64,000 nt of DNA from Eledone cirrhosa (taxonomy: Eukaryota), in contig OZ024759.1 of NCBI GenBank assembly GCA_964016885.1, forward strand, positions 3,844,001 through 3,908,000, in the 5' to 3' direction. A program made the translations under genes and the position numbers. Positions 39,201 through 51,689 of this stretch are shown piece by piece. The notes beneath the pieces were generated by a model. The model did not search any database, was not told where the DNA came from, and worked only from the letters and a program-made list of their open reading frames with translations. Positions within the stretch are counted from its first letter, which is position 1. Each line of letters opens with the position of its first letter.

Positions 39201-39618
39201 GACCGAGATCTTTGGTGCTATGCAGTAATACAGAAGACCCGCCTTGCCTATGTACAAAACGAAACCTACAGTCAGTAGGCACCTCTTAACCAAATATACA
39301 CCCCAATCTACTACCCCTACCCTATCCTCCCACTCCCACCAACAGCATGAGAAAATGAAATCGAGTTTGTGTAGGTGTCACGGGAAAGAAAAAAAAAACA
39401 CACAGTCCACGCTGTAATGTGGTCGTGTAGGTAACATGGTAAAAAGTTCCCAGTTCCACACTGTAAATGTGGTTGGTGTTAGGAAGGGCATCCAGCCGTA
39501 GAAAACCTGCCAGATAGTTCTATATGAGTGAGACACGGTCACCCGACCAGCCTTGCCTCAACTCCCGTCTAACCCATGCTAGCGTGGAAAATGGACGTTA
39601 AACGAAGATGATGATGAT
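36260..39618 (+). mobile_element. Near full-length but disrupted RTE LINE (APE, RT, Cys-rich finger, (GAT)n tail)
   Basis: ORFs 36428..37717, 37765..38460, 38503..39063; QFGF, DLEKTFDRV, QGSVLSP, ELLYADD after a TGA. Confidence 0.93.
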
Positions 39619-39624
39619 ATATAT

Positions 39625-40078
39625 AGGAAAATGTATGACCTCGACAGTAGAGCTCAAGCCGTTTCGACGGCTATTTCTGGACTAAATCAGAATTTTTAGC
39701 CTGGTAAATAAATAGCCGAACTTTTCAAGGGGTACTTCCTTATATGGGAAGATTGTAGCTGTCAAGAGGATTGGTCAAAAATTCCTGGTAAACACAATTA
39801 AGTCTATCATGGCAGTGGGTGGGAGGTGGGGATGGCTGAACTTGCCTGTAGAGCAAAGAGGGAGTGGGTGGAGCCGGTCAAGCGTTGAAAGTGAAATCTA
39901 AACAGCAAATTCTAAGGATTGTGTAAGAAAGTAGGCCAACTTTCATACTTTCCACCATAGCGATTAAACTGCATACCCTGCTTTCCAGGTTACCCTTTGC
40001 CACTGATATATATATATTTATATATTGAGTACTCTGGTGCATTATGGTCCTTCTGGTTCCTTACCACACCTCCTTTGT
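39625..40078. mobile_element. Penelope pLTR remnants (39630-39900 direct and 40022-40075 inverted relative to 33830-34190)
   Basis: Sequence homology read directly. Confidence 0.75.
39638..39733 (-). ncRNA. Hammerhead ribozyme variant with U3-A8 core
   Basis: Minus strand ACCCC-TTGAAAA-GttCGGCTA...TAGCCGtC-GAAACGG...CTGTC-GAGGT. Confidence 0.68.
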
Positions 40079-40149
40079 TATATATATACAACGGCGGCGA
40101 AGATTGGAAACCGAATCTGAGCTTTCCCACCTCTGGGACAAGCCATGGT

Positions 40150-43100
40150 AAGTTGTTTACGCTCAAGAGACTAACCCCCTGGGGGATGCTAAACACAGGT
40201 CAGAGGTGTTTAAGCCTGACAGAAAATAGGTCAGAGGATATATCCATCTTTCTGAGTTGTTTACGCTTGGCAAACTAATCCCTTGGGAGACTCTAACCAA
40301 AGTTCAGAGGATATATCTATCCTTCTAACTTCAACTCTTATAAATACAGGGGTTGTTTACGCCCCGACAGAAAAGAAGTGATATACAGACAAGACAAGTG
40401 GCCTTTACAAGCTCTCGTCACGAAATACCAGTCCGTCACTAATTTCCTCTCCTGCCTGGCTGATCGATACAACCACATATTCCGTTACAACTGGTGACCC
40501 CGTAAAACAGACACACAACTTCTGATCATCCACTACAAACGATGTCTCTAGCACACGACGATTCATCTACGGCAGAAATGGCAGTGAGGGGGGCATTTAC
40601 ATTAAGAATTCCACCATTCTGGGTGCACGATCTAACACTGTGGTTCGCGCACATCCAAGCGCAGTTCGCATAATAACACACGACCCACCTGTCGCTGCAC
40701 GACCTAGAAGGCTACCACCAGACCGGCTGAAGTCCGTCAAACAAGAATTTCAGCACATGCTGGATCTCGGCATCATACGTCTGTCCTCACCCATACACTG
40801 TGTACCCAAGAAGTCGTCGAACGACTGGCGAATCTGTGGCGACTACCGTGCACTAAACAACTGCACCGTTCCTAACTCTTATCCAGTACCTCATCTACAG
40901 GACTTCTCTAGCTCGCTGCACGGGGCTCGCATATTTTCGAAGATCGATCTTGTCGAGCTTAACAATCAGATACCCGTTGAGCCCGCAGATATTCCAAAGA
41001 CCGCAGTCACAACACCCTTTGGAATGTTCGAATTTCTGCGTATGCCTTTCGGTTTGCGAAATGCAGCGCAAACATTCCAGCGATTCATCGATACAGTCAC
41101 CAGGGGTCTACCTTTTGTATACGCATACATTGACGACTTACTGGTGGCCAGCAGCTCCGACGAAGGACATGAGAAACACCTGGATCTCCTATTCACACGT
41201 TTGCGTGAATATGGAATTGTTATCAACCCCAGCAAATGTGAGTTCGGAGTTGCGTCCCTTCATTTTCTGGGACACATCATTGACAAAGATGGTATTTGCC
41301 CACTTAAGGAGAAAGTCAAATCCATCATTGATTTTCCACAACCTATATCTCTCCGCAAACTGCGAGAATTTCTTGGCCTGGTAAACTTCTACAGAAGATT
41401 TATACCCCACTGTGCAGAGACAGCCCAACCACTCACAGATTTGCTGCGGCAGCGTACAACCAAAAACGCAAACATCAAGCTTCGCTGAGTTGAAGAAAAT
41501 GTTGTCCGAGGCTACAATGCTGAGTTACCCCAAACCTGACGCCCCAATGTGTTTATTGACTGATGCATCCGATTTCGGAGTTGGAGGTGTGCTTCAACAA
41601 CTCTCTGGCGATATTTGGCGACCTGTATCTTTTTTCTCTAAGCGATTAAAACCCGCCGAAACTAAGTACAGCACATTCAGTCGTGAATTATTGGCAGCAT
41701 ACCTTGCTGTCAAGCATTTTCGACACATGCTAGAAGGTCGTGTGTTCTCTATATACACCGACCACAAACCACTAGTGTACGCGTTCAATGCCAAGCCTGA
41801 CCGACACTCACCCAGGGAGGTCCGACATCTGGACTTCATTTCTCAGTACACTACTGATATTCGGTACATTAAGGGTGCCACCAACTCAGCAGCTGATGCC
41901 CTATCGCGCATGGAGCTTAAGGCAATCCACACCACTGCCACTATCGACCTCCAGAAGATTGCAGCGGATCAACAGAATGACGAGGAACTGCTGCAACTCC
42001 GGAAATCATCCTTGAAATTGAAGGAATGCCTGCTGCCCTCTTCTTCGGGTTATATTTGGTGTGACATCTCCACAGGCCGCGAGCGCCCATACGTGCCCCG
42101 GAAACATCGACGCGACGTTTTCTCGACACAGCATTCTCTGGCACATCCTGGCGTCTGCGCCACGCAGAAACTGATGGTTGCCCGCTTTGTGTGGCCCAAC
42201 ATCAACAAGGACACCCGCGAATGGGCTAGGAACTGCATCGCGTGCCAGAAGGCGAAAATTCACCGGCACATCAAAGCCCCGATCGCTTCTTTCGCAACAC
42301 CTGATGCACGGTTCCAACATGTGCATATAGACATAGTTGGACCTTTGCCTCCTTCTCAAAACTACACTCATCTTCTCACCTGTGTCGACCGATTTTCTCG
42401 CTGGCCAGAAGCTTTTCCCCTGATGGATATTACTGCGGAAACTGTTGCCAAAACGTTAGTGTTTCACTGGGTTTCGCGTTTCGGCACACCCGTGACCATC
42501 ACTACGGATAGAGGACGTCAGTTCGATTCGAACCTATTTACCGAGCTGCCTCGTCTCCTCGGGTGCAAACACATCCATACAACAGCGTATCACCCTGCCG
42601 CTAACGGCATGGTAGAACGCTTACACCGCCAGCTAAAATCATCTATCAAGGCTTACGAAGACTCCACTAACTAGTTCGAATACCTCCCACTCATTCTTCT
42701 TGGTATTTGTTCCACTGTTAAAGAGGGAGTCGGACATTCTCCGGCTGAAATCGTGTATGGCACCGTACTCACTCTACCCGGACAAATGATCACTCCTGTT
42801 TCGCCACAAGAACTTCCAGACCCTACAAAATATGTGCACCGTTTACGGTCATCAATGTCGCATCTGTCTCCTTCAGCCCCTAAACAACAGCACGTTACTT
42901 CACACATACCAAAAGACATCGATACATGTTTTCGTTAGAAATGACGATATTCCATCGCAACTTCGTCCACCGTATTCCGTCCGGGCCCTACAAGGTGATA
43001 CAGAAATGCCCTAAGTATTTCGTCCTCGACTTGAACGGGAAGCGAAATACCGTCTCCATTGATCGTTTAAAAAAAGCGTTCATAGAACAGGAATTGCCAC

Positions 43101-44261
43101 CAGTACCCACCGTTTCTCCAGACTCACCAACAACTTTGCCCGACACAAACACGGCAAATATTGCACACCAAATCCGGAAGAACAGTCCGATGGCCCACGC
43201 CATGGGATACGTACAAGTTTATCGGGTAAGTACAAATTATGCATCTGGTCGACATTTCGGCTAATTTGTACATTTCAACGAATCGGCCAATTTCTGTGGT
43301 CATGAACTACACACAAATCAATTAACTCTGTGCATCACCCACATCAAAAGAACAGACAAAAGAACATTTTTCTGTTTCTATGAAATGAACAAACTTTTAA
43401 TCAACAAACTTTTCGTACGAACATTTTCAATATTATGTAACATCACAGTACATTTTCCTGAATGTAAATTTCTTTTGCTTTGCATGTTTTCTTCCATGTC
43501 TCCTGTTTGTAAATGACTTTCATGTGTTTTTTTATTTTTACTGATTTTCTTCAACAACACACCTAGTCATACCTATCTTCATTTCACATGCACCTAGATC
43601 GTTCAATCTTAACTTGTTTACGCTCAAGAGACTAACCCCTTGGGAGAGGCTAAACGCAGGTCAGAGGTGTTTACGCCTGACAGAAAATAGGTCAGAGGAT
43701 ATATCCATCTTTATGACTTGTTTACGCTTGGCAAACTAATCCTTGGGAGACTAACCAAAGTTTAGACGATATATCTATCCTTCTAAATTCTACTCTTATA
43801 AAGACAGGGATTGTTTACGCCAAAAACAGAAAACAAGTGGGATACAGACAAGACAAGACGTTTTACAAGCTCTCGTCACGAAAAACCAGTCTATCACTTA
43901 TTCTCACCTTCCTGGCTGATCGCTGACTCCTGCAATACAAATAAGTAAATATACTGATACGCCGCACACACGCATTCATAGTGAGTCCAGCATTTGTACA
44001 CGTATCATTCATTTCTGTTTACACGTATTATAATCGTATTCTGTGATATTTGAATTTACGTGGCTCGAAGAGCCACCAAATTATTGTATGAATATTTTGT
44101 GTCAATTATTTTATCATTCAATATTCAAATTGAATATTGTTGTAATAAAATAAACTTTGTAACAACACTCCTGGTATTTTTCTTTACACCGAAACCACCA
44201 TACCAACAGTTACATCCATCCATCCACTTGTCGTTACAACCACACATAATATTCCGTTACA
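40150..44261 (+). mobile_element. Gypsy/Ty3 LTR retrotransposon, internally deleted
   Basis: LTRs ~40150-40489 and ~43612-44261, both ending TTCCGTTACA; PBS TGGTGACCCCG (matches tRNA-Trp 3' end); domain order RT-RNaseH-IN. Confidence 0.92.
40542..43100 (+). pseudogene. Gypsy gag N-terminal stub joined to RT, RNase H and integrase, with frameshifts and stops
   Basis: LRIPPFW..WF..IQAQF gag motif; [40 protein letters not shown]/Cxx[25 protein letters not shown]. Confidence 0.9.
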
Positions 44262-44398
44262 CCTCCGTCTATATTTCAACCACTGGAACAACCTCACACA
44301 AGAAACAGTTGTCGCACCCTCAGTCAACATTTTAATGTCAAACATCGAAATAAATGTTATGAGTGTATATAGATAGATGTATATTGTGTGTGTATATA

Positions 44399-44560
44399 TA
44401 CAGTAATCCCCCGCTATATTGCGGTTCACTTTTCACAGTCCCGTTACATCGCGGATATTTCTTTGGAACGTATCTAATTTCCTATCGCGGTAATCCTCGC
44501 CACATCGCGGATTATTCGTTAGAACATATCTATTTTCTTATCGCGGTACGTCTGAGTAAA
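44399..44560 (+). mobile_element. Tigger/pogo-like MITE end
   Basis: TA-CAGTAATCCCCCGCTATATTGCGG terminus with repeated ATCGCGG subterminal motifs; other end not found. Confidence 0.5.
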
Positions 44561-44984
44561 AAGTGTTTAAAATTTAAACTTATTAAATAAGTTTCGATGT
44601 TATTAAAGAGTATATCGTAAGGAAGGGACATCTTAAGGCTTTAATTATGAACAAATTTTTATATTTTCATTCCATTATTGTTTTACTGATTGTGTTTTGC
44701 TCTAATCTACTACAAACCCTTCATAGATTGGTCTCTCTGTAACATGGTTGTTTCTGGAACGTATCATGGCTTAGTGGTTAAAGCATTGGGCTTGCAATCT
44801 AAAGGTTGTGAGTTCGATTCTCGGACAGGGTGTTGTGTTGTGTCCTTGAGCAAGACACTTTATTTCACGTTACTCCAGTTTACTCAGCTGTAGAAATGAG
44901 TTGTGCCAAGCTATATCAGTCATAACCTTTCTCTTGGACATATATATAGTGTATATATACTGTACACAGTGTATATATATCTAT

Positions 44985-46520
44985 ATCATCATCACTGTTT
45001 TACGTCCCTTCTTCCATGGTAGTATGGGTTAGACAGGTTGTCCTGTTGTGGGCAGTGCCAGATAGGGTGACCTTGTCTTGCTCAGATGGGAACCGATTTA
45101 GGCTTGATTTCCACAGCTGGATGCCCTTCCTAACACCAACCTCACAGTGAGTGATGGGTGTTTTTTTGTTGTGACACCTCCACGGCCACTTTACAGTGGG
45201 AGGGGGTGGGGCATATTGTCTATGTGCTTCAGCTTGTACCCAGGGGCTACAACACAACCTCCTCTGCTGCACACAGCATTTGATTCCTCTTATGTTCAGT
45301 CTCTCTCTCAATTTGTTAATGCTTTACCGTTCGCGTATATTACTATTACACGTCCATCGGAGCATGCAAGCTTCGTTTCTTTCTAATCTACGCAAGTCTT
45401 CTACAGACAGTGCCCAGGTCTCACTACCATGTAGCATTGCTGTTCGTATGCACGTATCATACTGTCTGCCTTTCATTTTGAGGGAAAAGCCTTTTGCAGC
45501 TAGCAGTGGCAGTAGCTCCCTAAACTTCTTCAATCCTGTTACTGTACTTTCAGAACACCCACCTCCGCTGCTCCTTTCGCCACCTAGGTAGCAAAAGCTG
45601 TCTACTGTTTCTACAGATCTCTCCCAGAGTTTGGTGGTGCTTGTTTCTTTAGTTCTGCCATAGATTCAGCTATAAGTGTAAGATCATCCGCATATAGGAG
45701 TTCCTATGGGCATCAGGTCTTAAACTCCTCTGTTATAGCCTGCAATACTATTATAAACAGAAGAAGGTTAAGAACAGAGCCCTGGTGGACACCGACCTGT
45801 ATGCTAGATTCCTCGCTATAGTAATTGTTAACTCTAACTTTGCTGACTGCTCCCCTATACATGGCTTGTACAGCTTTCACAAGCCACTAATCTACTCTTA
45901 GTTTTCTAAGAGCCCACCAGATTATAGCACGGAGCACTCTGTTGAAGAATTTTTCCATATCGACAAGAGCCAGGTAGAGCGGCTTGCTTTTAGCTAGGTA
46001 CTTTACCTGTAACTGCCTCACAAGGAAGAGAGCATCAGTGGTGCTTTTTCCTGGCACAAGCCCAAACTGCATCTCACCTAGTTTTACCCACTCCCTGATC
46101 AACTGTGCTATGACTCTTTCGATTACTTTCATGACCTGGTCCATCAGCTTTATATCTCTATAGTTTATTCTATCTAGTGCATCTACTTTACCCTTGTAGC
46201 AGTTGACGATGATGCTGCTGCACCAATCCTTTGGTATGACACCCTCTAGTATTACCTGGTTAACAATATGTGTGGTTATTACTTTATCTACCCATTTGTC
46301 AGCTAATAGTATACCTACACCACCCATCCCATTGTCATTTCCCACCCGGAAAAATTTATAGCACTAACTTTTGCCTACAAGGACTCTAGCGAACTCTCCT
46401 CTCCACCTAGTCTCTTGCACACAGCATACGTCAATATCCTTTCACTCTAGCATGTCTATAATTTCTCCTTCCCTTCCTTTCATTGTGCTTATGTTGATGC
46501 TGCCAACTCAGAGTTTTGAA
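44985..46520 (-). mobile_element. Multiply deleted RTE LINE
   Basis: APE, RT and C-terminal pieces joined across deletions (ORFs 45887..46345, 45324..45533); tail at ~44985. Confidence 0.88.
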
Positions 46521-46706
46521 CATTTGCCATCATTTGTGGGAAAAGGTGAATTTTTGCAGGGGAGTGTGTATGCTTCCTGTCTCTGAATTAAAGCTTTGCA
46601 TGGGTGCTTGGTAACTCGCAGATTCATATTCATTTATTTATTCGGGGTTGTTCCATTTATCCTTCGCTCCTCCATACATAACGGTGAACAAGAATTCTTT
46701 GGTGCA

Positions 46707-47150
46707 GGGCTAGAAGGACAGTAGTAGTAATGGCAGAGTTTGTTGGGGCTGGTAAGGGCTAGAAGGACAGTAGTAGTAATGGCAGTGTTTGTTGGGGCTG
46801 GTAAGGGCTAGAAGGACAGTAGTAGTAATGACAGAGTTTGTTGGGGCTGGTAAGGGCTAGAAGGACAGTAGTAGTAATGACAGAGTTTGTTGGGGCTGGT
46901 AAGGGCTAGAAGGACAGTAGTAGTAATGGCAGAGTTTGTTGGGGCTGGTAACGGCTAGAAGCACAGTAGTAGTAATGACAGAGTTTGTTGGGGGCTGGTA
47001 ACGGCTAGAAGGACAGTAGTAGTAATGGCAGAGTTTGTTGGGGCTGGTAACGGCTAGAAGGACAGTAGTAGTAATGGCAGAGTTTGTTGGGGCTGGTAAC
47101 GGCTAGAAGGACAGTAGTAGTAATGGCAGAGTTTGTTGGGGCTGGTAATG
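46707..47150. repeat. 49-bp tandem repeat, ~9 copies
   Basis: Unit GGCTAGAAGGACAGTAGTAGTAATGGCAGAGTTTGTTGGGGCTGGTAAG. Confidence 0.92.
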
Positions 47151-48046
47151 GGTAAGGACATGTTGCTGTGGTTTGATTGGTCAAATAGCCAATGGTAGTG
47201 AGTGGGAAATTGTGAGATAGGTAGCCATCATGACATATATCATCACAGGAGATTCGGGGGAAATAAGCAGATATAAGTAGGCTTATTAGACAAGGCAAGT
47301 ATGCAAGAATTTCGAAGATTGTCACCTAGCTTTGAGAGAAAGGAGAGGTAATTGCAGGGGTTAGGGATGAGTTTGTAGAGAAAGACACAATGTCCAACAT
47401 AGTTTATATCAAAAACAAGGTCGAAGTATATACATTGTGGAAACAAGTCAATGATAATAATAATAATAATGTAAACAGAACATTTTGAAATTGGGGAAGA
47501 GAGATAGCTGTAGAATAGAAATAATCTATGAAAGTCTGGGATATAAGTTATATATATATGTTGTGATGTCACTTGTGCCAAGCTGTATCAGCCATTGCCT
47601 TTCCCTTGGACAACATATATAGCGTATAATATATATTGTACACATCGTATATATACTATATATATTGTGTATATATACTGTAGACAGTGTATATATGATA
47701 TATATATAGTATATATATATGTAGTGATGTAACTGGTACCAAGCTGTATCAGCCATTACCTTTCCCTTGGACAACATCGGTGGCGTGGAGAGGGTAGACT
47801 GGTATACTTGGGTGACTGCTGGTCTTCCTCAAACAACTGGACTTGTGCCTCAGAAGGGAACTTTCTAGTTGCAAATCACATGGTCATTCTTGACCGACAG
47901 AGGTCTTCGATATGTTAGGTGTGTATATATAGATGTGTATTGATGTCCATGTGGGAGTCATTGATACCAATGCTAGGGATGGCTGGTCTTCTATATTACT
48001 GTATAACACAAAGATCTCGATCCTGTGTCATTGTCTTAGAGAAGTG

Positions 48047-49635
48047 CAATTGTGTGAGGTCAGCTGTTATCACCTCATCCCAGATCTTCCTACTTCATAT
48101 CTTCCATCAATTGTGTGAAGTCAGCTTTTATCACCTCATCCCAGGTCTTCCTACTCCATAGCTTCCATCAATTGTGTCAGGTCAGCTATTATCACCTCAT
48201 CCTAGGTCTTCCTACTTCATAGCTTCCATCAATTGTGTGAGGTCAGCTTTTATCACCTCATCCCAGGTCTTCCTACTTCATAGCTTCCATCAATTGTGTC
48301 AGGTCAGCTGTTATCAACCCATCCCAGGTCTTCCTTCTCTATAGCTTCCATCAATTGTGTCAGGTCAGCTTTTATCACCTCATCCCAGGTCTTCCTACTT
48401 CATAGCTTCCATCAATTGTGTCAGGTCAGCTTTTATCACCTCATCCCAGGTCTTCCTACTTCATAGCTTCCATCAATTGTGTCAGGTCAGCTATTATCAC
48501 CTCATCCCAGGTCTTCCTACTTCATAGCTTCCATCAATTGTGTCAGGTCAGCTTTTATCACCTCATCCCAGGTCTTCCTACTTCATAGCTTCCATCAATT
48601 GTGTCAGGTCAGCTTTTATCACCTCATCCCAGGTCTTCCTACTTCATAGCTTCCATCAATTGTGTCAGGTCAGCTTTTATCACCTCATCCCACGTCTTCC
48701 TACTTCATAGCTTCCATCAATTGTGTCAGGTCAGCTTTTATCACCTCATCCCAGGTCTTCCTACTTCATAGCTTCCATCAATTGTGTCAGGTCAGCTATT
48801 ATCACCTCATCCCAGGTCTTCCTACTTCGTAGCTTCCATCAATTGTGTCAGGTCAGCTTTTATCACCTCATCCCAGGTCTTCCTACTTCATAGCTTCCAT
48901 CAATTGTGTAAGGTCAGCTTTTATCACCTCATCCCAGGTCTTCCTACTTCATAGCTTCCATCAATTGTGTCAGGTCAGCTTTTATCACCTCATCCCAGGT
49001 CTTCCTACTCTATAGCTTCCATCAATTGTGTAAAGTCAGCTTTTATCACCTCATCCCAGGTCTTCCTACTTCATAGCTTCCATCAATTGTGTGAAGTCAG
49101 CTTTTATCACCTCAGACTAGGTCTTCGTACTCTATAGCTTCCATCAATTGTGTCAGGTCAGCTTTTATCACCTCAAACTAGGTCTTCCTACTCCATAGCT
49201 TCCATCAATTGTGTGAGGTCAGCTTTTATCACCTCAAACCAGGTCTTTTTACTCCATAGGTTCCATCAATTGTGTAAGGTCAGCTTTTATCACCTCATCC
49301 CAAGTCTTCCTACTTCATTGCTTCCATCAATTGTGTCAGGTCAGCTTTTATCACCTCATCCCAGGTCTTCCTACTTCATAGCTTCCATCAATTGTGTCAG
49401 GTCAGCTATTATCACCTCATCCCAGGTCTTCCTACTTCATAGCTTCCATCAATTGTGTCAGGTCAGCTATTATCACCTCATCCCAGGTCTTCCTACTTCA
49501 TAGCTTCCATCAATTGTGTCAGGTCAGCTATTATCACCTCATCCCAGGTCTTCCTACTTCATAGCTTCCATCAATTGTGTCAGGTCAGCTATTATCACCT
49601 CATCCCAGGTCTTCCTACTTCATAGCTTCCATCAA
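48047..49635. repeat. 61-bp tandem repeat, ~26 copies, derived from RTE 3' coding sequence
   Basis: Unit CAATTGTGTCAGGTCAGCTTTTATCACCTCATCCCAGGTCTTCCTACTTCATAGCTTCCAT matches 53770-53837. Confidence 0.9.
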
Positions 49636-49734
49636 TTTTATAAAATGCTTGAAAACAACTTAGAAAAAATGTTACTCAAAATCAAAATTTAATCCCAAAG
49701 AGAGGAAATTGGAACATTATCCACTGAAAGTTGC

Positions 49735-50211
49735 TTAACCCTTTAGTGTCCAAACCAGCCAAAACTGGCCAGAATTCTCTACCTCTTTCTGTTGAAACTG
49801 GCTGTAACTGGTCGCTCAGACTGATGTTAAGGTATTGTTCTCAAAATAAATACTTTCAAAATCTGATAGATTCAATATTATGTGAGATAAAGCCTTTACC
49901 ATGAAAATATAATAGTATATATAAAATAATGTGAATGCTAAAGGGTTAACCCTTTAACATTTAAACCGGCAATAACTGGCCAGAGTTCTGTCCTCTTTTT
50001 CTTTTTAAACCACTCGTAACTGGCCACTCATACTGATGTTAAAGTATTGTTCTCAATATAAATAATATCAGATTCGATATTATGTGAGGTAAAGACTTTA
50101 CCATGGAAATATAATAGTATATATAGAGTAATGTAAATGTTATGTGAGATAAAGACATTACCATGGAAATATAATAGTATATATAGAATAATGTAAATGT
50201 TAAAGGCTTAA
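49735..50211. mobile_element. Two tandem TTAA MITEs sharing a central TTAA (49946-49949)
   Basis: GCTAAAGGG-TTAA-CCCTTTAAC junction. Confidence 0.78.
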
Positions 50212-51689
50212 ACCCTGAAGAAAGGACTTTTAGGTCCCGAAATATTGGACAGATAAAAGAACAACAACAAAAAAACAAAACAAAGATTACCAGGTAACTT
50301 TTACTTTTCCTTACCTCATCTTATTGTCCATTTTGCATTGTTTAGCCTTCTATCTCTTTCAACGTTATATTTTATATAGAATGCTTCAAACAAACTACAA
50401 CATTTAATTATATATCATCATCATCATCTTCAATTAACGTCCATCTTCCACACTAGCATGTGTTAGACGGGTCCCATTTAGAGGCAAGTGTGGGCTGGAT
50501 GCTTTTTTGCTGTCTTCTACACGTTCAGTGTGGGTGAGATATATATATATGTGTATGTATATATCATCACCATTTAGCGTCCATTTTTCCATTCTTGCAT
50601 GGGTTAGACGGGTCATTCACACCAGGAGGCAAGTCTGGCCAGGGTTGGCCATGTGTCGCACCTTGCTCAGGTGAGGTCTGTAAATTTGGTGGGGTATTTT
50701 ACAGCTGGATTCCCTTCCTAACATCAACCATGTTTACAGTGTGGAACTGGATGGCTCTGTTATGAGGAGGGACAGGCCAGTTGGCTGCACTGAACTCATC
50801 TCACAGTGGAACTATAATTTTGGGGGGGCCTGGTACTGGGTGGCACCATTGAGGAGGGGGTAGCCAGTCAGCTGCTCCAAACTCATCTCACGAGGTTACC
50901 ACAGTTTTGGGGCCCCTGTACTAGGGGCTATAGTGATGGTGTAGCTAGTTTATATGAATAAGTAAATCTGACGCAGGTATATTTCTACAGTTTACCAATG
51001 TACCGTACTTACTGGCGCCAATGACGACCAATTTTTGAAAAAAAATAATAATCAACCTTCGGCCTCCAGGACATATGGTAGATATTTTGGACTTATATTA
51101 GGGAAAAAGTAATGTCTTTGATGCTAGGAAATATGGTGAAAATTTAAAATTTCCACTGTTAAATCTATCCCTGCATTTTAAGTATTCTCTATTATCTCAT
51201 ACTGTTACTTTCTTATAAGTCCTATAAGAATGCAATTTTTGCTAAACTACCATAGAGCAGACCTCTGAAGTGATAGAAGGATATAATTTATAGAGCATGC
51301 TGGAATACCACTGCTTACATTGGAGAGAATTTCTCTGGACAGAATGTTGATATCTACAGTTTACCAATATAGAAATATAACATTTCCACTGTTAAATCTA
51401 TCTCTGCTTCTAAAGTATTCTCTATTATCTCATACTGTTTCTTTCTTATTTCAGAATATCAGATGACATTGGGATAAATTATTATTTTCAATCTTGGATA
51501 CATCATCTCTATTTATCATCATTTGAAGACTAAAACCTTCTAAACAGAACTTATATAACACTGTTTATATAAATCTATAGTTCAATTACTGTGAAATATT
51601 TCCTCAAAACTGAGTTTATTTTCTTCACTATAAGATGGTTTTGTATTTTAACTAAACTTGGATGAAACAGAAGTTTGTATTATCTTCAG

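Noticed and set aside
40069-40073. CCTCC as a possible Gypsy TSD matching 44262-44266
   Set aside because: It belongs to the Penelope terminal sequence and is not adjacent to a recognisable LTR start.
50213-50251. Hammerhead-like CTGAAGA-aaGGAC...GTCCc-GAAATATT-GGACA
   Set aside because: Stem I is cut to 2 bp by the adjacent MITE, the base of stem II mismatches and stem III is too short; at best a relic.
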